A stretch of 64,000 bases of DNA from Candidatus Dormiibacterota bacterium (GCA_036390825.1 DASWBA010000067.1:582-64581); one strand, 5' to 3'; counted from the stretch's first letter, positions 37,889-46,533 are shown. Notes: generated by a model from the letters alone, not told the origin. Made by a program: numbers and translations.

Positions 37889-39007
37889 ATGGCGATCAAG
37901 CGGGACTACTACGAGGTGCTCGGCGTGAGCAAGGGCGCGAGCGCCGAGGAACTGAAGCGAGCCTATCGCAAGCTCGCGCTGCAATTTCATCCCGATCGCA
38001 ACCCCAACGACCCGCAGGCCGAGTCACGCTTCAAGGAGATCAACGAAGCCTACGAGGTCCTGAGCGACCAATCGAAGCGTCAGCGCTATGACACCTTCGG
38101 CCATTCCGCGCAGGGAATGCCGGGCTTCGACTTCGGGGGAGCCGGCTTCGGCGGGATCAACGACATCTTCGACATGTTCTTCGGCGCGGCGACTGCCGGC
38201 CGGGGACGCACCGCCCCTCGTCGTGGGGCGGATCTCCGCCTCGACCTTCGGCTCAGCTTCGAAGAGGCGGTCTTTGGCGTCGAACGCGAGCTGACCATTC
38301 CCCGGGCCGAGGCCTGTCAGGCCTGCCAGGGCAGCGGCGCCGAGTCGGGCACCTCGCCACAGACCTGCCCACAGTGTCGCGGCAGCGGCCAGGTCCGGCG
38401 CGCCACGCAGTCGATCTTCGGCCAGATCGTCAACGTCGCCAGCTGCCCGCGGTGCAACGGCGAGGGTAAGGTCATCGAGCGACCCTGCAAGACCTGCGGC
38501 GGCAGCGGTCACCGACCGGGCGAGAAGAAGGTTCGCGTCAACATTCCCGCCGGCGTCGACAGTGGATCGCAGATCCGCCTCACAGGTGAGGGTGAGGTCG
38601 GCCCCCGCAATGGCGCACCGGGCGACCTGTACATCGTGATCCAGGTGAAGCCGCATCCGGTGTTGAAACGCCAGGGCACCGACGTGATCTATGAGCTGCC
38701 CCTGAGCGTGGCGCAGGCCGCGCTGGGTGACACGGTCGAGATCCCGACCGTCGATGGGCCGGAGAAGATCGAGATTGCGCCCGGCACCCAGTACGGCAAG
38801 ACCATCCGCATCAGCGGCCGCGGCGTGCCGCATGTGCGGTCCGGCCGTCGCGGCGACCAACTCGTCTATGTACGGGTCGTGATTCCCACCAACCTCACCG
38901 AAGAACAGAAGCAGGTGTTGCGGCAACTGGGTGGCACCAGCGGCAAACCGCAGCATATCGAGAAGGGCTTTTTCGACAAGTTCAAACACGTCATCGGCCT
39001 CGAGTAA
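37889..39007 (+). CDS. dnaJ: Molecular chaperone DnaJ (type I: J domain, G/F region, four CxxCxGxG zinc motifs)
   Basis: [13 protein letters not shown]...HPDRN; [32 protein letters not shown]. Confidence 0.95.
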   Translation: MAIKRDYYEVLGVSKGASAEELKRAYRKLALQFHPDRNPNDPQAESRFKEINEAYEVLSDQSKRQRYDTFGHSAQGMPGFDFGGAGFGGINDIFDMFFGAATAGRGRTAPRRGADLRLDLRLSFEEAVFGVERELTIPRAEACQACQGSGAESGTSPQTCPQCRGSGQVRRATQSIFGQIVNVASCPRCNGEGKVIERPCKTCGGSGHRPGEKKVRVNIPAGVDSGSQIRLTGEGEVGPRNGAPGDLYIVIQVKPHPVLKRQGTDVIYELPLSVAQAALGDTVEIPTVDGPEKIEIAPGTQYGKTIRISGRGVPHVRSGRRGDQLVYVRVVIPTNLTEEQKQVLRQLGGTSGKPQHIEKGFFDKFKHVIGLE

Positions 39008-39039
39008 GCGCGCGCTCGAGGTATGTCTAGACTAGGCCG

Positions 39040-39240
39040 GTGTCGACGGCGATTCGTCTCGGTCTGCTGATTGCGGCGGTCGCCGTCGTCCTCGCCGTCT
39101 TGCTCGGTCCCGCCTGGCGAGGCAATTTCTATCGGAGCTGGCTGCGGCCGCGCCTGGTCGTGTTCGGCGTGATCGTCGTGCTGTTTGCGGCCGGCGAGTA
39201 CCTGTTCCGCGTCATCAATGCGATCAAGAGTCATTCGTGA
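39040..39240 (+). CDS. Hypothetical small 2-TM membrane protein
   Basis: The 66-aa ORF is translationally coupled (GTGA) to the downstream ferredoxin. Confidence 0.45.
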   Translation: MSTAIRLGLLIAAVAVVLAVLLGPAWRGNFYRSWLRPRLVVFGVIVVLFAAGEYLFRVINAIKSHS

Positions 39241-39503
39241 CGCGCTCCTTCCAGGTGACGTTCGTCAGAAGCGGCACGACGCTGGCCGTCGACGAGACCG
39301 AGGGAATCCTCAACGCCGGGCTCAAAGCCGGCTTAGCCTTGGCTTACGACTGCCGCAAGGGCCGGTGCAAGACCTGCATGGTGAAGGTCGACGGCATCAT
39401 CGACCAATCCGAAGCCTGGCTGATCAGTAACGAAGAGCTGGCCGACGGCTACGCCCTGATCTGCGTGGGGAAGCCGCGGAGCAACCTTCGAGTGCACGCG
39501 TGA
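39237..39503 (+). CDS. Plant-type [2Fe-2S] ferredoxin
   Basis: C-x4-C-x2-C...C pattern: CRKGRCKTC ... LIC. Confidence 0.8.
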   Translation: MTRSFQVTFVRSGTTLAVDETEGILNAGLKAGLALAYDCRKGRCKTCMVKVDGIIDQSEAWLISNEELADGYALICVGKPRSNLRVHA

Positions 39504-40684
39504 CGCGCTTCACGCTCGTCGACCTCGTCATCCTGATCGCCATCGTTTTCGCCGTCAGCGGTGGATACCGACGCGGCTTCTGGCTCTCGCTGGCCCAGTA
39601 CGCCGGTCTCCTGCTCGGCGTCGTGATCGGAGCTGCCCTGGCGCCGGTGCTGATGGACTTCGTCAACATCACCAGCTCGAGCATCCGGTCGCTGGGCGCG
39701 GTGCTGATCCTGATCGTCCTGGGCGCCGTCGGGAGCAGCGCCGGCTACTGGGTGGGCGAGCCGATCCGGCTGCGGCTGCTGGCGCACCCACAGAGCGGCC
39801 GCATCGATAGTGTGGCCGGCGGGATCTTCTCCGCGCTCGCGGTGCTCTCGGTCTCCTGGTTCCTCGGACTGAGCCTGGCCCAAATGCCCAGCCCGCAACT
39901 CTCGAGCGCGATCCAGCGCTCCGCCGTGTTGCGCGCGCTGGACGCGATTGCACCGCGGCCGCCGAGTTTCCTGGCTCGGGTCGAAGCCATCATCGCTGGC
40001 GTCAACTTCGCGCCGGTCTTCTCCGGCCTGGAACCGCTGGGTCCGTCCCCCCAACCGTTGCCCGCCTCGATTGACACCGCCGGCGTCCGGAACGCCGAGT
40101 CCGAAACGCTGAAGATCCAGGGCTACGGCTGCGGCGGCATCGTCTTCGGCAGCGGCTTCCCGGTCGGGCCCGGGTTGGTGCTCACCAACGCCCACGTGGT
40201 GGCCGGGACCCAGGGTACGACGGTGCGGAGTCCATCGATGCGGAGTGGCCTCCCTGCCCGGGTGGTCCTCTTCGACTCGGAGCGCGATGTCGCCATCCTC
40301 TATGTGCCGCGTCTGGCGCTGGCGCCCCTGAGCGAAGCGGGCGCGGGCCCGGGCACCCAGGGGGCCGCGATCGGCTACCCCGGCGGCGGCGGGGAACAGG
40401 CCGCGGCCGCGGTCGTCAACGGCGAGGTCAGGGCTGAAGGTCGCGACATCTATGGCCAGCAACTCGTCGTGCGCAGCATCTGGATCATCCAGGCGAAGGT
40501 CGTGCCAGGAAACTCAGGCGGACCGTTGGTCGACCTGGATGGCAACGTCATTGGTGTCATCTTCGCGGCCTCCACCAGTTCGCCGGGCAACGCCTACGCG
40601 CTGACCGACGCCGAGGTGCAACCCGACATCGATAACGCTGAGGGGCGCACCTCGTCGGTGCCAGTGGGCCCATGCGCGATGTAG
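39500..40684 (+). CDS. CvpA-domain membrane protein fused to a trypsin-like serine protease (MarP-like)
   Basis: Four N-terminal TM helices (CvpA). Protease triad context LTNAHVV, DVAILYV, GNSGGPLV. Confidence 0.82.
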   Translation: MTRFTLVDLVILIAIVFAVSGGYRRGFWLSLAQYAGLLLGVVIGAALAPVLMDFVNITSSSIRSLGAVLILIVLGAVGSSAGYWVGEPIRLRLLAHPQSGRIDSVAGGIFSALAVLSVSWFLGLSLAQMPSPQLSSAIQRSAVLRALDAIAPRPPSFLARVEAIIAGVNFAPVFSGLEPLGPSPQPLPASIDTAGVRNAESETLKIQGYGCGGIVFGSGFPVGPGLVLTNAHVVAGTQGTTVRSPSMRSGLPARVVLFDSERDVAILYVPRLALAPLSEAGAGPGTQGAAIGYPGGGGEQAAAAVVNGEVRAEGRDIYGQQLVVRSIWIIQAKVVPGNSGGPLVDLDGNVIGVIFAASTSSPGNAYALTDAEVQPDIDNAEGRTSSVPVGPCAM

Positions 40685-40686
40685 CG

Positions 40687-40717
40687 CCCCAGCCTACCCT
40701 CCCCCAGAGGGGGAGGG
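40687..40717 (+). repeat. REP-like palindromic element, copy D
   Basis: ccccagcctaccctccccc-aga-gggggaggg, 2 nt after the protease stop. Confidence 0.85.
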
Positions 40718-40792
40718 AGAAACCGTGGGCTGGATATTCTGCTGGCCCTGGATCGTCATCTCGACGGAAATCAGGAACGGCGCCCGGCTAGG

Positions 40793-41710
40793 TCATCGCA
40801 AAATGCCCCAGGTCGCGCTCGTGGACTGGCCGGGCTGGAGCACGATCAGGCCGTCGCCGCTGCGGAAGGCGTTCGGCGCGCAGGTCATGGGTTCGATCGC
40901 AAGACTGCGCCGCCGGCGGGATGTCTCGGAGATCGTGTCGGGCGTATAGACCATCAGGAACCGGTAGGCGGGTTCCATCCAGAGGATCACGCGCGGGTCG
41001 CCGCCAGGAGCCTGGAAATGAACTCGGATCACGCCGTCGCTGTCCGGCACCAGGCTGGCGAAGGCGGTGTCCATTCGCAACGAGCCGATCGGCCGCAACT
41101 CGAGAAAGTCGAAGGCAGTCCCTTTGGTGGCCATCAGTCGACCGGTGGGGATCAGCCGGTCATTGGTCTCGAGCCGCATCAAAGCGGGTAGTTTCAGGAG
41201 GGCCTGATCGATCAAGCTGTCGACGGTGAGGTACGGATGGTGGCCGGCGCCGTAGGGCGCAGCCTGCGCCCCCAGGTTGGTCGCCGTCGTCCGGACCGTC
41301 AGGCCAGTATTCGATAAGCGGTACTCGGCTTGCAGATGGAGGGCAAAAGGGTAGCCCTCCTGGGGATGAAGCACCAGCGACATCACGACACCGTCCGCAG
41401 CGTGCTCGACAGCACTCCAGTTGACCCAGCGGGTCAGCCCGTGGAGCGCATTGTGCCGGGCCGGCTCGGTGATCGGCGTTTGATACAGGTTGCCGTCGAA
41501 TTCGTATCGGCCGTCTTCGATCCGGTTCGGCCATGGCAGCAACAGCTGGCCGCGGCCGATGGTGCACATCTCGTCTTCCCCGTAGCCGTCGATGACGTCG
41601 TGGCCGGCCATGGTGTAGGTGCGCAGCCCGGCGCCGACTTCCGTCACGACCGCGCGCTGGTCGCCGAACGTCAACACGAACTGCTGCCCGGAGGGTGGGC
41701 TGGGGGACAT
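40793..41710 (-). CDS. Aldose 1-epimerase family protein (galactose mutarotase-like)
   Basis: GRGQLLLPWPNRIEDGRY...HNALHGL...HPYL. ATG 41710 chosen; the upstream part of the track ORF is Arg-rich shadow. Confidence 0.8.
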   Translation of the reverse strand: MSPSPPSGQQFVLTFGDQRAVVTEVGAGLRTYTMAGHDVIDGYGEDEMCTIGRGQLLLPWPNRIEDGRYEFDGNLYQTPITEPARHNALHGLTRWVNWSAVEHAADGVVMSLVLHPQEGYPFALHLQAEYRLSNTGLTVRTTATNLGAQAAPYGAGHHPYLTVDSLIDQALLKLPALMRLETNDRLIPTGRLMATKGTAFDFLELRPIGSLRMDTAFASLVPDSDGVIRVHFQAPGGDPRVILWMEPAYRFLMVYTPDTISETSRRRRSLAIEPMTCAPNAFRSGDGLIVLQPGQSTSATWGILR

Positions 41711-41755
41711 CGCAACCGGATAATAGAAGGGTGGCACGGCTGAAGCTGAGCCTCT

Positions 41756-42082
41756 TTGGATGGCGAGGTCCCCGAATGGATCGACCGCCTTTACGAGAGT
41801 TACGGCACGACCGCCGACACAGCGCCGGCCAGCGCATCCGTGCTGGCGCTGGGCGAATCCCTCGGGTATCGACTGCGCAAGCTCTCGGTGCTTCTGAAGA
41901 AGATGGGAGCGCTCGGTTGGTCGATCAAGCCTCTGCGCTGGGACCTCCTCGCCAGCACCGAGCTCGATGAAGTCGACGCTCAGGCGCAGCTGGAAGCGGC
42001 GGGCGTTTGGGTGATCGCCCGGCAGCACGCGCCGCAAGACAAGGCAGGCAACGTGGCCTGGTCGCACGGGTTGCTTCCATAA
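41756..42082 (+). CDS. Hypothetical protein (108 aa)
   Basis: TTG start. Strong G/C third-position bias and a balanced amino-acid composition. Its 3' end overlaps the longest pdxH reading. Confidence 0.4.
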   Translation: MDGEVPEWIDRLYESYGTTADTAPASASVLALGESLGYRLRKLSVLLKKMGALGWSIKPLRWDLLASTELDEVDAQAQLEAAGVWVIARQHAPQDKAGNVAWSHGLLP

Positions 42083-42693
42083 GCGAGACAACGCGCCTTG
42101 ACGAAGATAGCGTCGATGTCGACCCGCTGAAGCAATTCGCCGCCTGGTTCAAGGATGCGATGGAGACCGGCGAGATCCTTCCCGAGGCGATGACCGTCGC
42201 CACCGGGACTCCGTCCGGCGAGCCATCGGCGCGGATGGTACTACTGCGTGGCTTCGACGAGCGGGGCTTCGGATTCTTCACCAACTACGAAAGCCACAAG
42301 GGGCGGGAGCTGGCCGAGAACCCGAGGGCGGCGCTGGTCATCTACTGGCCAAAGCTCGGACGCCAGGTGCGGATCAGCGGCGATGTGGTCAAGCAGTCGG
42401 CCAAGGAATCGACGGCGTATTTTCACGGCAGGCCACTCGCCAGCCAAATCAGCGCCCTGGCCTCGCCGCAGAGCCAGGTGATCCCGAGCCGCGCCAAACT
42501 CGAAGAGACCGTTTCAGCCCTGGCGAAGAAGTACGAAGGTGGAATCGTCCCGCTCCCGGATAACTGGGGTGGCTATCGGGTGATCCCCAAGACGATCGAG
42601 TTCTGGATGCACCGCGACAACCGACTCCACGACCGAATCCTCTATACGCGACAAGCTACGGGTGGTTGGCACATCGAGCGGCTGGCGCCGTAA
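42007..42693 (+). CDS. pdxH: Pyridoxamine 5'-phosphate oxidase
   Basis: DPLKQFAAWF...MTVATG...RMVLLRGFDERGFGFFTNYESHKG...IEFWMHRDNRLHDRILY...WHIERLAP. The start is uncertain: TTG 42007 is the only canonical in-frame start upstream of the conserved region. Confidence 0.85.
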   Translation: MGDRPAARAARQGRQRGLVARVASISETTRLDEDSVDVDPLKQFAAWFKDAMETGEILPEAMTVATGTPSGEPSARMVLLRGFDERGFGFFTNYESHKGRELAENPRAALVIYWPKLGRQVRISGDVVKQSAKESTAYFHGRPLASQISALASPQSQVIPSRAKLEETVSALAKKYEGGIVPLPDNWGGYRVIPKTIEFWMHRDNRLHDRILYTRQATGGWHIERLAP

Positions 42694-42695
42694 GG

Positions 42696-42725
42696 CCCGC
42701 ACCCTGCCCTCCTCGCAAAGAGGGG
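42696..42725 (+). repeat. REP-like element, degenerate copy E1
   Basis: cccgcaccctgccctcctcgcaaagagggg, directly after the pdxH stop. Confidence 0.6.
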
Positions 42726-42734
42726 AAATAAAAA

Positions 42735-42755
42735 CCCTCCCCGAGGTGGGGAGGG
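42735..42755 (+). repeat. REP-like hairpin, copy E2
   Basis: ccctcccc-gaggt-ggggaggg, between convergent genes. It could act as a bidirectional terminator. Confidence 0.7.
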
Positions 42756-42779
42756 AAAGTAGGGGCTTGAGAGATGAGT

Positions 42780-43376
42780 CTACTTGTTGCGATAGGCGAC
42801 GAGTGCGGCGTCGAAGTTGTGGCTCGTGTCGTAGCTGCCAGCGGCGATCAGGCGCATCCCGGCGTGAATGTCGCTGAGCTTCCCGGCCTGACGCTGATGC
42901 TTGCCGGTGATCTCGACGTACTTCGTGGTGCTGTTGACGGTCAGGCGAACGTCCTTGCCATCTCGGGTCCGAATCGTGATCACGTTGCCGTTGACGCTCT
43001 CGACTTTGCCGGCGACGTGCGGGCGGCCGATGTGGACGCGCTTCGCGTAGAGCTTGCCGTCCCGTGTCTCGTAGCGAACCATGACGTGGCTGTTGATTTC
43101 GATCTCCGACCAGCTTGCCTTCTCGTTGCGACCCTTAACCACCACGGTGGCGTCGGTCTTAAGGAAAGTCTTGCTGCCCGCCTTCGCGTTCTTGACGGTC
43201 ACCTGCGTCGCCGTGATCGCGGTGACAGTTCCACCGAACACATCCTTCGCCGCCGGACGCTGCGCCTTCGCCGGGCTTGCCGCTGTCGTGGCCGCCGGTG
43301 CCGCCATGGCGCCGGTGGCGAGCACGCCCGCGATCACTCCCGCCGTCGCGATTCCTGCCAGTGCCTTGCCGATCAT
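42780..43376 (-). CDS. Secreted repeat protein (DUF5666-like beta domains)
   Basis: Signal peptide MIGKALAGIATAGVIAGVLATGAMA. Two similar modules: GTVTAITATQVTVKNAKAGSKTF and GKVESVNGNVITIRTRDGKDVRL. GGAGG RBS. Confidence 0.7.
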   Translation of the reverse strand: MIGKALAGIATAGVIAGVLATGAMAAPAATTAASPAKAQRPAAKDVFGGTVTAITATQVTVKNAKAGSKTFLKTDATVVVKGRNEKASWSEIEINSHVMVRYETRDGKLYAKRVHIGRPHVAGKVESVNGNVITIRTRDGKDVRLTVNSTTKYVEITGKHQRQAGKLSDIHAGMRLIAAGSYDTSHNFDAALVAYRNK

Positions 43377-43757
43377 GTTGTTTACGACCTCCAGTGTTTT
43401 CCGACGATTTCGACAGGCCCAGTGTCGCGCCCGCGGCTGAAGCTTCCGGCGGAGAAGCCTTAGAGGTGGCTGAGAGCGCCTGGCTGTGGGGCTGGTGGGT
43501 CAGGGGAGTCTTTACAGCCGCATACAAGCCCGACCTGGCGAACAAGCCGCGGTGATGTATCGCGTTGCACGACGCCCCGCCGGATGCGACATCGACCCGT
43601 ATAGCGGGCGTACACATCGTTAACGGCTCCTTGTCCGGTCCGATACGCGCCGACACGCCCTCGGAGGCCGGTGCTACCTAGGCACTGTTGAAAGGACTAT
43701 GTGACGGTGGGTTTTGTCTTACGTGTGCCGTAAGCTTGCGGCCGTATTCTCGGGCCC

Positions 43758-44957
43758 GTGGGATCGACCGTTACGTTGCACCTCGCGGAGCTCGACTCTA
43801 CTGCCGAGCCACCCGAGTCCGCCGCCCAGGCGCTGGACCGGTCGCTGGAAGGTCACGACTACGGTCCCCTGACGCCACTGTTGCTGGACGACACCATCAG
43901 CGAGGTGATGGTCAACGGGCCAAACCAGGTCTACATCGAGCGCAAGGGACAGCTCACCCTGGCCGACGTGAGATTTGCCAGCGACGCCGAGCTGGTCCGG
44001 GTGATTCGTGATATTGCGGCTTTCGTCGGGCGGCGCATCGACGATGACTCACCAATGGTCGACTGCCGGCTGCCGGACGGCTCGCGCGTCAATGCCGTGA
44101 TCGCGCCGCTGGCCCTCGACGGCGCCTCCCTCACGATCCGGAAGTTCGCGCGGGATCCGTATACCGTCGAGGACCTGATCAAATTCGGAACGCTCTCGGC
44201 GGAGGCCGCCGCCTTCCTGGAAGCCTGCGTCAAAGCGCACTTCAACATCCTGGTCGCCGGCGGCACGGGATCCGGCAAGACCACCACGCTGAACGTCCTG
44301 TCCTCCTTCATTCCCGACAACGAGCGGGTCGTCACCATCGAAGACGCGGCCGAGCTGCAGCTCCGCCAGCCGCACAAAGTCCGGCTCGAGTCGAGGCCGG
44401 CCCGAATCGACGGCACCGGCCGGATCAGCATTCGCGAGCTGGTCGTAAACGCACTTCGGATGCGACCCGATCGCATCGTTATCGGCGAGTGCCGCAGCGG
44501 TGAGGCGCTCGACATGCTGCAGGCGATGAACACCGGCCACGATGGATCGCTGACCACCATCCACGCCAACACGCCACGCGACACGCTGTCCCGCCTCGAG
44601 ACGTTGGTGCTGATGTCCGGTGTCGACCTGCCGCAGCGTGCCATCCGCGAGCAGATCGCCTCCGCCATCCACCTGATCGTGCAACAGTCCCGGCTGCGTG
44701 ACGGTTCACGCCGGATGACGAATATCACCGAAGTCATCGGCCGCGAAGGCGACACGATCACGCTTCAAGACGTCTTCCTCTTCGAGGAAACGGGCATCGA
44801 CGGCAACGGCCGCATCCAGGGCAAGCTGAGTCCCACCGGGATCCGGCCACAGGCGATGGCGAAGATTTACTCAAAGAAGGTGGCGATCTCGCCGGCGCTC
44901 GCCGCCCTCTATCCCGACCGCAAGGCGCCGGACTTTACCTTGGGGGTGCGCCGATGA
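43758..44957 (+). CDS. cpaF: CpaF/TadA-family secretion ATPase (type II/IV secretion NTPase)
   Basis: EVMVNGPNQVYIERKG, Walker A GGTGSGKTT, TIEDAAEL, RMRPDRIVIGECRSGEA, TGHDGSLTTIHAN. Confidence 0.9.
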   Translation: MGSTVTLHLAELDSTAEPPESAAQALDRSLEGHDYGPLTPLLLDDTISEVMVNGPNQVYIERKGQLTLADVRFASDAELVRVIRDIAAFVGRRIDDDSPMVDCRLPDGSRVNAVIAPLALDGASLTIRKFARDPYTVEDLIKFGTLSAEAAAFLEACVKAHFNILVAGGTGSGKTTTLNVLSSFIPDNERVVTIEDAAELQLRQPHKVRLESRPARIDGTGRISIRELVVNALRMRPDRIVIGECRSGEALDMLQAMNTGHDGSLTTIHANTPRDTLSRLETLVLMSGVDLPQRAIREQIASAIHLIVQQSRLRDGSRRMTNITEVIGREGDTITLQDVFLFEETGIDGNGRIQGKLSPTGIRPQAMAKIYSKKVAISPALAALYPDRKAPDFTLGVRR

Positions 44958-45253
44958 CCGTCGAACAGCCGGAGCGCATCGACATGGAGATCCTGCGCGA
45001 CATCGCCGCCGACATGCGCGGAGAGCTCGACCGGGTCCAGGAACAAATGGCCGAGCTCAGCCGCGAACACAAGCGGGCGACGGTGCTCAAGCAGATCTTT
45101 GGCGTCGATCCGCTCACCCGCGATCGCTTCAACCTTCTGCATGCCAACATCGACCAGTACCCTGGCAAGATGGCGGAGTTGCAGGAGGAAGAACGCCTCT
45201 TGACGCGCTGGCTCGACCGCTGCCGGGATCTGCTCGAACTCAAAGCTGCCTGA
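44954..45253 (+). CDS. Hypothetical coiled-coil protein (99 aa)
   Basis: The ATG overlaps the cpaF stop (ATGA). Heptad-like Glu/Leu/Arg-rich sequence. Confidence 0.55.
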   Translation: MTVEQPERIDMEILRDIAADMRGELDRVQEQMAELSREHKRATVLKQIFGVDPLTRDRFNLLHANIDQYPGKMAELQEEERLLTRWLDRCRDLLELKAA

Positions 45254-45263
45254 TAATGGCGGC

Positions 45264-45818
45264 GTGACATCAGAGTCGGATCTCGAGCACTTCTTCCGCG
45301 CGGCCGAGGGCCTGCTGGCTGTTCAAGGGCCGGGCCCCGATACGTTTCTCCGCATCGGCACGTTGCTGCGTTCTCTCGCCGAGGATCCGGATCTCGTCGA
45401 TCCTTCGCGACTTGCCGCCCTTCACAACTCCAGCGCCGGCTTCACCATTCTCGGGCACGGCACGGGTGGCTCAACGCTGATGCTGGGCCGGTTTCGCCCG
45501 GATGCCCCGACGCCGGTCCACAACCACAATTCGTGGGGCGTCATTTGCGTCATCCGCGGCCGCGACCGTCACATTCTCTGGGCTCGCGAGGACGATGCCT
45601 CCGAGCCGGGACGGGCGCGGCTACGCCTCGTCGAGAGTCAGGAGCTGGCGCCTGGCGACATCGCATGGTTTCCCGACGTACCCGACGATATCCATAGTCA
45701 GCAGGGGATCGGCGGCGATGCCTGGGAACTGGTTTATTTCGCGCGCGATCCCACCACGCGATCGCGCCTGTACTTCGATCCAGACCGCGAGCGGGTCGAA
45801 GAGCGCGCGCCGGTTTAG
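45264..45818 (+). CDS. Cupin-fold protein (cysteine dioxygenase type I-like)
   Basis: PVHNHNSWGVICVIRG ... DIHS provides His ligands in a cupin arrangement. Confidence 0.6.
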   Translation: MTSESDLEHFFRAAEGLLAVQGPGPDTFLRIGTLLRSLAEDPDLVDPSRLAALHNSSAGFTILGHGTGGSTLMLGRFRPDAPTPVHNHNSWGVICVIRGRDRHILWAREDDASEPGRARLRLVESQELAPGDIAWFPDVPDDIHSQQGIGGDAWELVYFARDPTTRSRLYFDPDRERVEERAPV

Positions 45819-45825
45819 AACCAGG

Positions 45826-46533
45826 TTAGATCTCGAGCGCGCGGACGATAAAGTCCCGGCTGCCGTCCCAGGTCCAGCAGGTCTGCAACGTCAACGAGGA
45901 GGCCGGCGTGGCGCCCAGTGGCCACATCTGCGTGTTGCTGACGATCGTGGTGTAGCTCACCCGGTAGGTATGGACCCGACCCGACGGGTCGCCGTACTTG
46001 ACGATATCGCCAGCCCGCAGGCCGAGGATGGGGGTAAAGGTCCCGGGGTTGTGCGCCATGACATAGATGTTGTTGCTCCCCGCGCAGCTCCACCGCCAGG
46101 CGCCCCAGTGCGGCACGGCAGCCCGACCGGAGCAGTCGCCATACCAGCCCACCGGTTGAACCAGCCCGAGCCGCGGGATCACGATGGTGTTGGCGCGGAC
46201 CGCCACGGGCGCCGCCACGGGGCGAGCGGCTGGGGTGGCGGGCTGGACCGTCGTCGCCGCGGGGGCGGCGGCCACCGCTGCCTGGCTCGCAGCCACGGCC
46301 TGGGCCTCTGCGGCGGCCCGTGCGGCGGCGGCCTGGGCGGCGACCATTCGGTCCCGCTCCACCTGCCTGACCAGCCGGTGATCAGCCGCATCCTCTTTGG
46401 CAATCGCAACGCCCGCGGCATAGACCGGTTGGCTGGCGGCAGCCGGGTGCCACACGAGGAGGGGGAAGCTCAGGAGCCAGATCGCGACGCCGCCCAGGAG
46501 CGGCCCACGCCAACGGCGAAGAAGGTTGGCCAT
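45826..46533 (-). CDS. Sortase-family transpeptidase (membrane anchored, Ala-rich linker)
   Basis: Catalytic His context YVMAHN, TLxTC motif LTLQTC, and a downstream Arg (FIVRA). N-terminal TM helix. Confidence 0.75.
   Translation of the reverse strand: MANLLRRWRGPLLGGVAIWLLSFPLLVWHPAAASQPVYAAGVAIAKEDAADHRLVRQVERDRMVAAQAAAARAAAEAQAVAASQAAVAAAPAATTVQPATPAARPVAAPVAVRANTIVIPRLGLVQPVGWYGDCSGRAAVPHWGAWRWSCAGSNNIYVMAHNPGTFTPILGLRAGDIVKYGDPSGRVHTYRVSYTTIVSNTQMWPLGATPASSLTLQTCWTWDGSRDFIVRALEI

Noticed and set aside
43159-43656. A 165-aa minus-strand ORF spanning the long intergenic region and running into the secreted-protein gene out of frame.
   Set aside because: It has no motif, mixed codon bias, and overlaps a well-supported gene in another frame. 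I treated it as non-coding. The region is still flagged as a finding.
43620-43700. A superficial resemblance of 'ggtagcaccggcctccg' (minus strand) to parts of a c-di-GMP-I (GEMM) riboswitch.
   Set aside because: The segments are in the wrong order and the conserved GNRA and tetraloop-receptor features are absent. It cannot be supported without a covariance-model scan.
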